Shown here piece by piece: positions 9,937 to 19,665 of a stretch of DNA of 64,000 nucleotides. Every line of letters starts with the position of its first letter. Position 1 is the stretch's first letter. The stretch is from Cyanobacteria bacterium auto_48_18 (lineage in GTDB: Bacteria > Cyanobacteriota > Vampirovibrionia > Obscuribacterales > Obscuribacteraceae): positions 32,001-96,000 of the forward strand of contig JAVHQC010000010.1 of NCBI GenBank assembly GCA_036170915.1. The letters are read 5' to 3'. The notes below the pieces were generated by a model, which was not told the origin of the DNA, ran no database searches, and saw only the letters and a list, made by a program, of their open reading frames with translations. A program made the translations under genes and the position numbers.

Positions 9937-12567
9937 CTAATACGGTTGCTCGGAGGCCACCGTTACTGCCCGAATGGCAGGCGACACAACTTCAGCTGAA
10001 GCGGCGGGCTCTCCGGGCAGACCCAACTGATTGGGAATGAGAGCTAATTGTAGCTCTTTAATAGTGCATTCTTTGCACCATTGTCTGAATTTTCTCACCT
10101 GGTCAAGAGTTTGACCCAGCTGCTTGTACTCAGGGGTGTCTTCCACACGGGATGCGGGATCACCCAACAAGTCAAGATATATTGTGCCATTCTCTGAGAA
10201 CCAATCAATCAGATGCACTTTTTTAAAAGCAGTCAGGGCGAGTGCCACTGACATCTTACTGGCGCCCATTACCGACACCAATTTATCCCCTTCAACCTGG
10301 CCATCTTTCTGGTTGATCACGTACCGCACCAGACCAAGAAGTCTTTTAAGGAAATTGGCAGGTTCTTCTAATTCATCATCTTCGCACCCGACCAAATAAA
10401 TGTTCGAAGCTCCACTATCGCGCACTAGTTCCTGGAAATTTTTCAGAGATGGTGGGAATTGCCATATCAATAAATGATCGCGACCGGCTAGCTCGGCTCG
10501 ATCGTTAAATGTGATGCCATTCACTTTGGCGCAAGATTCACCAAAGATAGAAAGATCTTTGCCTAACTTTGCCTGAGCTTTTTTGACAACTTCCGGGTTG
10601 CTATTGAACGAACGCAAATCTTTGAAGGTTAGCTTAACTGTAGTTGGTGCGTGAGTTCCAGGCTGACTGGCACCTGCAACGGCCGCAGGTTTACCGGCAT
10701 CATATTCGGTGCCCACAGTGCGAGTAGACTGTGAGTTCGATTGAGGTTTACTCTTTGATTGCTCAGTCTGCTTGTTTAGTTTCGCTTCTTCGTCAGCCTC
10801 TTGCGCGCGGGCTGCTTCACCGTGGCGACGCCAGTCGCAGAGAATTAACTGCAGTCGATCGCGACGATTGTACGAATTAAGTTCGGCATTAAAAGCAACA
10901 TCTATTTCGTCGCCGTCGGCAGGAATGCGCCCGCGAGTATTCCACATTACCGACTCGAACTCTTTGCCAGAGGCATAGTCTTTCATCATAATGCGACTAT
11001 GTTTGTTTTCTTTGCCCAGTGGGCGTGTAGACGTTACTACAACTTTAGTCATGCACAAAACTGGTTTGCGATTTGACATACCGAATGGTGCCATGGCATT
11101 GAGTTCGCGCACCAGATCAAGCGAAAGAACTGCTGGTTCGACAACGCTGTCAATTTCTAGTCGCACTCGCATATTTTTCTCGGCCAGAGCCTTATTACAT
11201 GCAGCAACGATGCCCTTTACAGCAGCTTCAGCTTTGTCAGCTTCAATAGAGAAACCAGCGGCCATTTTGTGACCACCCCATTTGATCAACAAATGTTCGT
11301 TGGCTTTTAAAACTTGATAAAGATCAATTTGCTCTACGCCGCGGGCCGATCCTTTGACTACATTATCTTCCACATCTAACTGCCCAATAAATACTGGGCG
11401 TTGAAAACGCTCTACCAGACGAGAAGCAACAATGCCGACCACACCGTGGTGCCATCCTTCATTGTAAATAGCAATGCCACGGTCAACGTTAAGATCGCAG
11501 GTGGTCAGAACTTTGGCTTCTGCTTCTTGAAAAATGCGCTCGCACAATTCTTGTCTGCGAGCATTGTCTCGTTGCAGTTGCTGGGCGAGTTCTTCAGCTC
11601 GCGCTTCGTCGGTTGTGGTCAGCAGTTCCACCGCCACATTGGCATCAGACAAGCGGCCCACAGCGTTGATGCGCGGCGCCAGACCAAAACCAACGAGATC
11701 AGTATCTTCTTTTCCGCCCACCTGATTAAGTAGTGCGCGAATGCCTGGTCTGGTGGATTGCACGAGTTTTGGCAAACCAATTTTGACCAGGTAACGATTT
11801 TCGTCGACTAAAGGCACCAGGTCAGCAATCATTCCCAGGGTGACAAAATCTTGCAAGGCTTCAATTTCTGAAACCCGATCAAACTTGGTCAGCAGTGCTT
11901 CGCAAACTTTATAGGCAACTCCTACGCCAGGCAGGTGAAAAAGAGGATGCCCTTCTTGAAGCAGCTTTGGATGCACAACCGCGACAGCTGGTGGCATCAT
12001 CTCAGGCATGGTGTGGTGGTCCAAAACTAATGTATCAACGCCAAGCGATTTAGCTAAATTGATTTCTGAAAAATTAGATACGCCACAATCACAAGTAATT
12101 AAAAGCTTGGTGCGATGTTTACTGGCGAGAACACTCACAGCTTTAAGATTGAGACCATAACCTTCTGATGAGCGGTTAGGAATATAAAAATCTACATTGG
12201 CAGACAAACTTTTGAGCACACTGAGCAGCACAGAGGTGCCGGTGATGCCATCTACATCATAGTCACCATATACGGTGATTTTTTCACCCTTTTCTATGGC
12301 AGCGGAGATGCGTTCGACCGCTTTTTCCACCCCTGGCAATTCAAAAGGGTGCGTGGGCACGTATTCGCTTTCATTCAAAAACTGACGCACAATTGCTTTG
12401 CTGGTCAAGCCACGACGAATGAGCACGCGAGCAAGAGTGGCCGAACCGCCACAGGCCTCAAGCAGCTCTTGATCTATGTCAACGCTATCAGGGAAAACCC
12501 ACAACTTAGCCGGGATGACAGTTGTTGAACCTGCACCTGTCTGAATGTCGCCACTGGGTTCGAGCAT
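9937..12567 (-). CDS. recJ: ssDNA exonuclease RecJ with long C-terminal extension
   Basis: GDYDVDG, TCDCG, DHH, PRINAVGR, GSARG, GGHKMAAG. Confidence 0.96.
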   Translation of the reverse strand: MLEPSGDIQTGAGSTTVIPAKLWVFPDSVDIDQELLEACGGSATLARVLIRRGLTSKAIVRQFLNESEYVPTHPFELPGVEKAVERISAAIEKGEKITVYGDYDVDGITGTSVLLSVLKSLSANVDFYIPNRSSEGYGLNLKAVSVLASKHRTKLLITCDCGVSNFSEINLAKSLGVDTLVLDHHTMPEMMPPAVAVVHPKLLQEGHPLFHLPGVGVAYKVCEALLTKFDRVSEIEALQDFVTLGMIADLVPLVDENRYLVKIGLPKLVQSTRPGIRALLNQVGGKEDTDLVGFGLAPRINAVGRLSDANVAVELLTTTDEARAEELAQQLQRDNARRQELCERIFQEAEAKVLTTCDLNVDRGIAIYNEGWHHGVVGIVASRLVERFQRPVFIGQLDVEDNVVKGSARGVEQIDLYQVLKANEHLLIKWGGHKMAAGFSIEADKAEAAVKGIVAACNKALAEKNMRVRLEIDSVVEPAVLSLDLVRELNAMAPFGMSNRKPVLCMTKVVVTSTRPLGKENKHSRIMMKDYASGKEFESVMWNTRGRIPADGDEIDVAFNAELNSYNRRDRLQLILCDWRRHGEAARAQEADEEAKLNKQTEQSKSKPQSNSQSTRTVGTEYDAGKPAAVAGASQPGTHAPTTVKLTFKDLRSFNSNPEVVKKAQAKLGKDLSIFGESCAKVNGITFNDRAELAGRDHLLIWQFPPSLKNFQELVRDSGASNIYLVGCEDDELEEPANFLKRLLGLVRYVINQKDGQVEGDKLVSVMGASKMSVALALTAFKKVHLIDWFSENGTIYLDLLGDPASRVEDTPEYKQLGQTLDQVRKFRQWCKECTIKELQLALIPNQLGLPGEPAASAEVVSPAIRAVTVASEQPY

Positions 12568-12849
12568 GACCCATGTCCCCGCTGTAAGTTGAGAGTAGAA
12601 GAGATAGAAAATAGATATCTACAAGGCGTATATATTTACGGCTTTTTCGAATATCACGGTTTGCAGTTTGGCACCACGTATGATGCTGCACCGATCTCTA
12701 TCTTTGTGATTGATTATTTTTCAATCGTAACACGAAACCAGCCCCAAACCCAGTGGTGAAGGGGATTGATGCAGACCAAAAGCTATCCATTTACTTATAC
12801 GTTGGCGGGGCCAAAATAGTTCAATTAGATATGCCTACGGAAAAACTAT

Positions 12850-13122
12850 TTACTTATTAAGCTCAGGGTCCATGACATTGATTACCCTTTTGGGTTTTGG
12901 CATATTTGGCCAGCCCCGCAAATCATATTCAATTATGGTTGTGATGATGGGAAATTTTGGCCAGGGTAAGGCCCAACCAATAATCCACATTATCGGCAGC
13001 AGCACCACGTGCAGACTAAGCGCCACTAAAAATGCCTGAATCAGACTGGTCTGATCCTTAACAGCGCCGGCAATATCTCTGCCTAGAGAATTTAAAGTGT
13101 CGCGAAATAGACTCAATTTCAC
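12850..13122 (-). CDS. Small membrane protein
   Basis: Single TM (FLVALSLHVVLLPIMWIIGW) followed by a Pro/Lys-rich tail. Confidence 0.65.
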   Translation of the reverse strand: MKLSLFRDTLNSLGRDIAGAVKDQTSLIQAFLVALSLHVVLLPIMWIIGWALPWPKFPIITTIIEYDLRGWPNMPKPKRVINVMDPELNK

Positions 13123-13203
13123 TTCTTAAAACGATGGTGTTACTATGTGCCATATTACTTAGCATACACGCTAGACATACGCCACTTGAGCCCCATACCA
13201 TCC

Positions 13204-14124
13204 ATGCCGACTCTACGCAGCATTCTCATTCTATCTATAGCGATCGGTCAGTTGTCATTGCTCGGCCCGAGCATATCGCCTCTGGCTGCTGCGGCTTTCG
13301 GCAAGCAAAAAGAATCTACCAAAGAGACGGCTGAAAAACCTGAGATAGAAGGCAAAGAGACCCTCGGCAAAACACAGGGCAAAGAAGAAGTCAAAGAAAA
13401 GAAAGAGAAAAAAGAAAAGAAAGAAAAGAAGATCGAACTGACTGAAGAAGAAATTGAAGAAGAAAAGGCTTATATGGAACACCAGGCAAAGCTTTCAGCA
13501 CTTCTCAAAGAAATTAAAACGCCATTTGGTTCACCAGGAGTGGCACAGCCAGACGAAAAGCCATCGTTGGTTGCACCAATGACCCTGCCCCCAACTTCCC
13601 TGCGGCGCTCCGGCGCCGGCCGCAGCCTTGGCGACCGGCTATTGGCTTCCAGACTTTATCTGCCCGGCCGCCTGGTAATGGGCCACCCTGCCGAATTTAC
13701 TATTAAAGGACGCCCCGGCCACTGGGCGGCTCTGGCTATGGCCGACCGCGACACCGGCGCCAAGCCCATCGCTGGTCATGCCCTGCGCCTGGGGCCAGAT
13801 CGCAAAGTCGTGGCCCTTGGCAAGATTCCCTCTACCGGAGTGCTTACCTTAAAGATGTATGCACCGGTGGCCGGCGACCTGGTGGGTTCAAGTCTTTACT
13901 TTGAAGCAGTCACCTGGCCAGAAAATGACATCCATACTGTTGAATTTGCTCAGACCGTGACGTCCGAAGGTGGTACCAACACCAGCAGCTCCGCCACCAA
14001 TGCGGTTTTAGTAGCTGAAGAGGCGGTGAGAAAACGCGGTGTGCGTATTGTGCCCGAGGCGGCCATGCCGATTTATCAGCGTGGAAGCGCGGGAGGGGTC
14101 GGTCTTGGCTCTGGCAAACCGTAA
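13204..14124 (+). CDS. Exported hypothetical protein with Lys/Glu-rich repeat
   Basis: Signal-like N-terminus from ATG 13204; KEK repeats; abuts the next gene. Confidence 0.7.
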   Translation: MPTLRSILILSIAIGQLSLLGPSISPLAAAAFGKQKESTKETAEKPEIEGKETLGKTQGKEEVKEKKEKKEKKEKKIELTEEEIEEEKAYMEHQAKLSALLKEIKTPFGSPGVAQPDEKPSLVAPMTLPPTSLRRSGAGRSLGDRLLASRLYLPGRLVMGHPAEFTIKGRPGHWAALAMADRDTGAKPIAGHALRLGPDRKVVALGKIPSTGVLTLKMYAPVAGDLVGSSLYFEAVTWPENDIHTVEFAQTVTSEGGTNTSSSATNAVLVAEEAVRKRGVRIVPEAAMPIYQRGSAGGVGLGSGKP

Positions 14125-14127
14125 ATA

Positions 14128-15666
14128 ATGGAAACCCGCATGAAAGTTCTTTTGATTCCCCTGGACGATCGTCCGGTTACTTATGGCTATCCGCAACTTT
14201 TAGCTAGGGCTGCTGGCTGGGAAGCGATTGTGCCACCCCGCAGCGTTATGGGTTCGCTTTCACGCGGCGCACAAATTGAAGAACTCTTTGCTTTCGCTGA
14301 AGGGGCCATTGGACGGCACGAGCCTGATGCAGCGGTGCTTTGTCTCGACAGCTTAATTTATGGTGGGTTGATTACATCGCGCCGCAGCGCCGAGCCTGGT
14401 AAAACATTCGCTGCGCGTTTTGAGCGTTTGAAAAAATGGAAAGATTTGATGGGAAAGAAAATTCCCATTTACGCACAGTCAAGCATCATGCGCATTTCAG
14501 ATAACTACGATAATACGGAAGAGAAAGAATACTGGTCGCGTTTTGGCCGCGAGCTATTCGAATGGTCTGGTTGTCTTCATCGTCTCGCCAGCGGCGAGAA
14601 GCTGACACCAGGCTTGCTCGAGTCTTTAGAGCGCCGCATTCCATCAGATATTCGCCAAGATTATCTCGATACTCGCTTTAGAAACTTCACCATCAACATG
14701 AACATTTTAAAGTCGATGGATGATGGATTTTTTGACCACCTGGTTTTCTCACAAGACGATTCTGGCGCCTGGGGCCTCAATGTGGGAGAAAAAGATAGAC
14801 TGAAAAGCGTCAGTGAGCAAATGGGCCTGACAAACAAAGTCAACGTTTACGCTGGTGCCGACGAAGTGATGTGCACCTTAATGGCACGCTTGATCCTCAA
14901 CACCGAGGGTGATACCAGACCGGAGCTCAAACTACAGTATAGCCCCGAGGCTTGTAGTACAGTGGCAAGCCGCTATGAGGGTCAAGAAATCGGCGCCACG
15001 ATCGAAGCTCAAATTAAAGCCAGCGGCGTCAGTATTAAGGGTGACAGCACTTCAGGTGATGGCACTGTCAACAAGAATGTCATTACCATGATTGCCCATG
15101 GTCCTCACGAAAGGCAGGGCGATCACATTACCTTGCCCGGCCTGCCCGATTTAAGCCATATTGACACCAGCCGAGCCGTGTCGGGAACAATTAAGCTCAT
15201 AGAAGAAGCACCCGGGTTGGTAATTCTGTGCGACATTGTTTATGCCAACGGCAGCGATCCGATGTTGATTGAAGAGTTGATTAAGCGGCCAGAGCTTCTG
15301 AAAAAAGTTTGCTCGTACGCCGGCTGGAACACCACCGGTAATACCGTAGGTAGCGCTATCGCCACAGCTTTGTGTACCTGGCACGGTAATAATGCCAGTG
15401 CTAGAGGTGTCACCAGCTCTGCCATACAAAAGATTGTTAACGATTGCCAAAAGCGCTGTCTGTTCACGAGGTTGGTTGACGATTGGGCTTATCAAACTAA
15501 AGTGCGCAAAAATCTGCAAGGTGAACCATCAATGCAAGTTTTAGCAGAGCTGATTTCGCCATATATAAAGAGAGTCAGTGCGGCTCTATCATTTGAGCCC
15601 AGCGTTAGATTATCCTTTCCCTGGCGCAGAACATTCGAAATCGAAATCGGCTTTGAGGGAGGCTAA
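14128..15666 (+). CDS. DUF4127-family protein
   Basis: IPLDDRP, LIYGGLITSR, QDD, GADE, SYAGWNTTGNTVG, DDWAYQ. Confidence 0.85.
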   Translation: METRMKVLLIPLDDRPVTYGYPQLLARAAGWEAIVPPRSVMGSLSRGAQIEELFAFAEGAIGRHEPDAAVLCLDSLIYGGLITSRRSAEPGKTFAARFERLKKWKDLMGKKIPIYAQSSIMRISDNYDNTEEKEYWSRFGRELFEWSGCLHRLASGEKLTPGLLESLERRIPSDIRQDYLDTRFRNFTINMNILKSMDDGFFDHLVFSQDDSGAWGLNVGEKDRLKSVSEQMGLTNKVNVYAGADEVMCTLMARLILNTEGDTRPELKLQYSPEACSTVASRYEGQEIGATIEAQIKASGVSIKGDSTSGDGTVNKNVITMIAHGPHERQGDHITLPGLPDLSHIDTSRAVSGTIKLIEEAPGLVILCDIVYANGSDPMLIEELIKRPELLKKVCSYAGWNTTGNTVGSAIATALCTWHGNNASARGVTSSAIQKIVNDCQKRCLFTRLVDDWAYQTKVRKNLQGEPSMQVLAELISPYIKRVSAALSFEPSVRLSFPWRRTFEIEIGFEGG

Positions 15667-15670
15667 AGGC

Positions 15671-16807
15671 TTGTCGAAACACACCAAACTAGCCAGGTCT
15701 CACGCCGTTCTTGCCTTGGCCAGAACAGCACTATCAATGTTTTCAATTTTGTCTTTAACCTCATGCAGTCTAATTTCACCACCGCAAGCCAACGCTCTAG
15801 AGAGTTGGGAAAAATTAGACAAGCGCATGAAAGGTCAGGTGGTGCAAATTAGCGTCGGCCTGAAAATGAAAATAAAAGATACCCTCTGGGCTTCACTGGC
15901 TGATGTTTCACCAAAAAATAAATATCCGGTTTTCAGCGCTTCAGCACGCGACCCTGGTTACCGTGTAGTTTCATTTGGCTCATCGTTTCCCATCAAAACC
16001 AACCTTCACGACAAAGCCTATTTCCTCACCAATGAACATGTGGTCTCTGGGGCCGATCAAATCATCAAAGAAAGTCAGCGATTTTATGCCGGCATGCGCC
16101 TATACTGTGAGCAAACAGCTGCAGGACACGACACCGACGGTCGCTTTCGCGAAATTTTGCAAATCATCAACTTGAGTACGAAAGCCAATCGCTCTACAGC
16201 GGAGCTGAGTACGTATCAGGCGACAGCTGACGCGATCTGGGACACCTACGAGACATACCTTTCAAAAAAAGCTGACCCGAGCCGCGCATTATTCAACCGC
16301 TATTTAAGTCAAGTCAATGTGGCAAGCGAAGTTGGATATTTCTTGCACGCTGCCGGCCCCGTATCGCAACCGCCAATGGTGGCGAAATTATTTAAAGTGG
16401 CAAAGACAGACAAAGATCCGGACATCGCCATTTTGACTGTCGATAAGTCAAATCTGCTGCCCATGGAATTTGATCCACTGCCTGCCAGCGAAGGGCAGGA
16501 GATTCAAGTGATCGGTTATCCGGAAGCATCAGATCAAATCGATACCGACGCCGCCAATCATTATGCTCCTACTTTTACCACAGGCCGGGTTAGTCGCATC
16601 GCACCGCGAATGGTGCAGGTAGATGCACCGATCACTAACGGCAACAGCGGCGGGCCCGTGGTCAGCTTGCGAGGCAAAGTGCTGGGAGTGGTGGCGCGGC
16701 GCGCTCGCGGCGAAGGCGGCCAGGAACTGAAAACTTTTGGCGGGGCCATGACTGTGCAGTCAGTAAAAAGTTTTGCCCCTGAGCTATTCGGAGCACCAGC
16801 GCCCTAA
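15671..16807 (+). CDS. Exported trypsin-like (S1) serine protease without PDZ domain
   Basis: Triad motifs TNEHVV, DIAIL, GNSGGP; TTG start at 15671 avoids overlap; possible lipobox LTSC. Confidence 0.85.
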   Translation: MSKHTKLARSHAVLALARTALSMFSILSLTSCSLISPPQANALESWEKLDKRMKGQVVQISVGLKMKIKDTLWASLADVSPKNKYPVFSASARDPGYRVVSFGSSFPIKTNLHDKAYFLTNEHVVSGADQIIKESQRFYAGMRLYCEQTAAGHDTDGRFREILQIINLSTKANRSTAELSTYQATADAIWDTYETYLSKKADPSRALFNRYLSQVNVASEVGYFLHAAGPVSQPPMVAKLFKVAKTDKDPDIAILTVDKSNLLPMEFDPLPASEGQEIQVIGYPEASDQIDTDAANHYAPTFTTGRVSRIAPRMVQVDAPITNGNSGGPVVSLRGKVLGVVARRARGEGGQELKTFGGAMTVQSVKSFAPELFGAPAP

Positions 16808-17626
16808 CTATTTTTTCTTGAGAAAATCCATGTCTGGTGCTTCAGAACTGTCGTCGTCGCCCATCAGCAGCTGCATTTCAGACTTAACAGGTTTATAACC
16901 GGTGGGTGGATCAAAGAATGAAGCAGGCTTTTTCATAGCTGTAATTTTTGTAGTTTCGTAGGCGGTCTCGAGCAATTTAAACTGGTTCGGCTTGAGCAAA
17001 TTGAACTTAAGCACCACGCCATCTTTCACATCAACTTTAACCAGGTTTTTCATCACCTCGCTAAACTCACTGGGCGCCGGGAATTTTTCAGCAATCCACA
17101 CTACCCCTGATTTGTAGGGTGTATGGGGTTCACCTGGTCTATAGGGAGGCGCAGGTGTACAAATGAGATCAGCTTTGCGGCATTTAAAGCCGGCAACCTT
17201 TTCGCGCACACCAGTTTCTTTGAGCTTTAGGTCTGGTTCTTTCCTCCCAGCTTTATGGCCACGCATATCAAAGAAACCACTCTTCCAGGTAGCGTGGTCG
17301 CGTACCAAGATCGTCTTTCCTTCTGGGTTATAGCAATAGCTCTGCCACTTAGGCCCTGAAGCCAACCAGACAATACCTAGTTTATCAAGGCTAAATTTGA
17401 CCGCCTGTTTACCAATGGTCATGTTCATTGGGCCAGTCTGAAGTGCTTTCTGTTCCAGCACCATAACTTCGACTGCGGGTCTGGTATCAGATTTTTGACC
17501 ATCTACTTTTTGAGTTTCGTGCTTCTCAGCACCAGCCGGCAGAAAAGACGTAATTAAAAAAGCAGAGGAGCATACGGTCATAGATAGCGCTGCCACCACT
17601 AGTAATGCTCGATTACGTTTATTCAT
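16808..17626 (-). CDS. Exported hypothetical protein (DUF4412-like)
   Basis: Signal peptide; TGVREKVAGFKC, VWIA and FFDPPTGYK patterns. Confidence 0.65.
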   Translation of the reverse strand: MNKRNRALLVVAALSMTVCSSAFLITSFLPAGAEKHETQKVDGQKSDTRPAVEVMVLEQKALQTGPMNMTIGKQAVKFSLDKLGIVWLASGPKWQSYCYNPEGKTILVRDHATWKSGFFDMRGHKAGRKEPDLKLKETGVREKVAGFKCRKADLICTPAPPYRPGEPHTPYKSGVVWIAEKFPAPSEFSEVMKNLVKVDVKDGVVLKFNLLKPNQFKLLETAYETTKITAMKKPASFFDPPTGYKPVKSEMQLLMGDDDSSEAPDMDFLKKK

Positions 17627-19149
17627 TTTGGTAATTCCATGGGTGGTGGCTCAAACGACCAGAGAGTAAAAATATGCTTGTTTGGCAAATCAGAAGCCGT
17701 CTGAATAACTTTAACCAGCTCAGGCAGAGATTTTACAGGATTATCGCTAATGACTTCAACTTTGTCTTGCTCGCGTTTGATCTCAGAAATCGCCTTGCTG
17801 GTGGTCACCTTTGCATCATAGATAATGGTAGCAGGAGGATCTTTCGCATCTTGCAGCTGCGCAAAAATCACACCAGGCAGTGCTCGCAACTGAAACTCGA
17901 TTACCGGAATCCGGCATCCGCATTTGATATTGCTCATCACCAGTTTAAGCAAATGCAGAGAGCTGGGCTCCTGATTGTCTAACAACTGACCAGCGTAAGT
18001 TAGTGATTGGGCATAAACATCTTTGTGTCCGTGTTTGGCCTTTCCTGACTTACCATTACTACTACCAGTGCCACTATATTGATTCACCAGCTGGCGCGCT
18101 TCTTCTATATGACCGGCAGAAGCACGATTACCCACCAGCGCAAGCACTTGAGCACTGTCGGCACCAGAATAACTGATAGCCTGCAAGTATGCCTTTTCTG
18201 CCAGGTCAAGGTGGCCACCGCTCTCAAAATTGCGACCAAGTTGATAGAAAAACTTATCGGCGCCCATAAAGTTGCGTTCAGCAATCGCTTCTAATTGGGC
18301 CAACTGTGGTTCTGTTAGTTTGGCAGACGGCAGCGCCAGTGCCAGAGCGACTGACTTATCGTCGAGCATATCGGTAAGACAAGCCGGCAAGAGTTCGGCA
18401 ATAACTTTAGCGTTGTTGGCTGCCAGAGCAGCTTTAAACCTGCCCCGTTTGACTAGATAACTAGAATCGATTTGCAAAGCACGACTGTAGCAGAGCTCTG
18501 CATCGGCAGTCATTTCCATAACCAGATAGGCTGCACCCAGAGCAGTCCACTTCTGACTTTCGTCAGAACCCTTAGTCTGAGCCGCAAGTTTGAGCTCCCG
18601 CTCGGCAATCACCCTGCCGTCAGCACCATCGATAGACAGGCATTGGGCAATACCAAGATGCGGTCGCCAGTCTGTGCCATCAAGTGCAATAGCGGCACGA
18701 TATTTTTCTACAGCGGCACTGCGCTCGCCATTTCGCTGCAAAAGAATGCCCAGATTGCAGTTGGCTACAGCATTTTTGGAATTCAGTTTAACTGCTGCTC
18801 TAGCTTCGGCAAGAGGATAAATTAAGGGCTTGGTTTTAAACAACAGAACAGCAAGATAGCTGTGTGTGCGAAAACTATTGCCCTGCGACTGCTTGATGCC
18901 GTTAATCAGGGAAACCGCCTGCTCAAACTTGCCATCTTTATAGAGAGTTGCAGCCTCGGCGAAGACTGGCGCATTGTCTTCTGTGGTTGCCGACTTCGCT
19001 GGCGCAGGCTTAAACGAGCCACTCTTGACGGTTGTGGCCGCCAACTTTACGGGCAAGCTTTGGTGACCCGCTGCGAGAGCCGCATTATTGAACAGCAATA
19101 GAGCGCCAAGAATAGCTAAGCGAGACACGAGGATTCCCTTCACCTGCAC
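17623..19149 (-). CDS. Exported TPR protein with C-terminal HMA-like domain
   Basis: Signal peptide, TPRs, then LVMSNIKCGCRIPVIEFQLRALPGV...ATIIYD. Confidence 0.75.
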   Translation of the reverse strand: MQVKGILVSRLAILGALLLFNNAALAAGHQSLPVKLAATTVKSGSFKPAPAKSATTEDNAPVFAEAATLYKDGKFEQAVSLINGIKQSQGNSFRTHSYLAVLLFKTKPLIYPLAEARAAVKLNSKNAVANCNLGILLQRNGERSAAVEKYRAAIALDGTDWRPHLGIAQCLSIDGADGRVIAERELKLAAQTKGSDESQKWTALGAAYLVMEMTADAELCYSRALQIDSSYLVKRGRFKAALAANNAKVIAELLPACLTDMLDDKSVALALALPSAKLTEPQLAQLEAIAERNFMGADKFFYQLGRNFESGGHLDLAEKAYLQAISYSGADSAQVLALVGNRASAGHIEEARQLVNQYSGTGSSNGKSGKAKHGHKDVYAQSLTYAGQLLDNQEPSSLHLLKLVMSNIKCGCRIPVIEFQLRALPGVIFAQLQDAKDPPATIIYDAKVTTSKAISEIKREQDKVEVISDNPVKSLPELVKVIQTASDLPNKHIFTLWSFEPPPMELPK

Positions 19150-19228
19150 AGCAAAACTATAACATGAGCTGAAAATGGCCGCTTGCGCGGCCTAGTCACT
19201 AAATGCGGTATTAACGGCCCGCTTAAAA

Positions 19229-19393
19229 CTAATAGTTTTGCTCAGACAAATAGGCAGACTGAAGAGCTTTGTAGGCGATGAAGCCATAAACGAGAAAGAG
19301 TGCGAAGAAGCCAACAAAGTAAAATTTGAAGCCAAATTTCAAAATTGGTCGGACCAGCATATCGATAAAAAGAAAACCGGTGGCAGCGCCCAT
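19229..19393 (-). CDS. 54-aa Phe-rich membrane protein (not in ORF track)
   Basis: Hand translation MGAATGFLFIDMLVRPILKFGFKFYFVGFFALFLVYGFIAYKALQSAYLSEQNY; GAGG 8 nt before ATG. Confidence 0.65.
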   Translation of the reverse strand: MGAATGFLFIDMLVRPILKFGFKFYFVGFFALFLVYGFIAYKALQSAYLSEQNY

Positions 19394-19665
19394 CTATTTG
19401 GCCTCGTCTACTTTCCCCTGAGCCCCTTCAACATTAATTGCTGAGAGCAGGGCATATCGTATCCCCTAATAGGTGAGGCTGTAGCGATAAAAGAGATTAA
19501 ATATGACCCTTGGCAAGCATGCTTAATCAAAGCACATGACAAGCAAAAGTTATCAAGCAAATTTATGAAATTGCAGAGAAAAAAATCCACTTCAATACAA
19601 ATTACTAAAAACCACTGATTGACAGCAAGGACAGACTAAAATCATATGCTTACACTGCTTATGAA

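Noticed and set aside
12506..12691. Short ORF upstream of recJ
   Set aside because: No RBS or motif; overlaps the recJ start, more likely promoter DNA
13390..13432. A/G-rich 9-nt repeats and the antisense Phe-rich ORF 13255-13482
   Set aside because: KEK coding repeat; the antisense ORF is its shadow
19238..19444. Listed 68-aa plus-strand ORF
   Set aside because: TTG start without RBS; the opposite strand gives a better ATG/RBS/TM ORF
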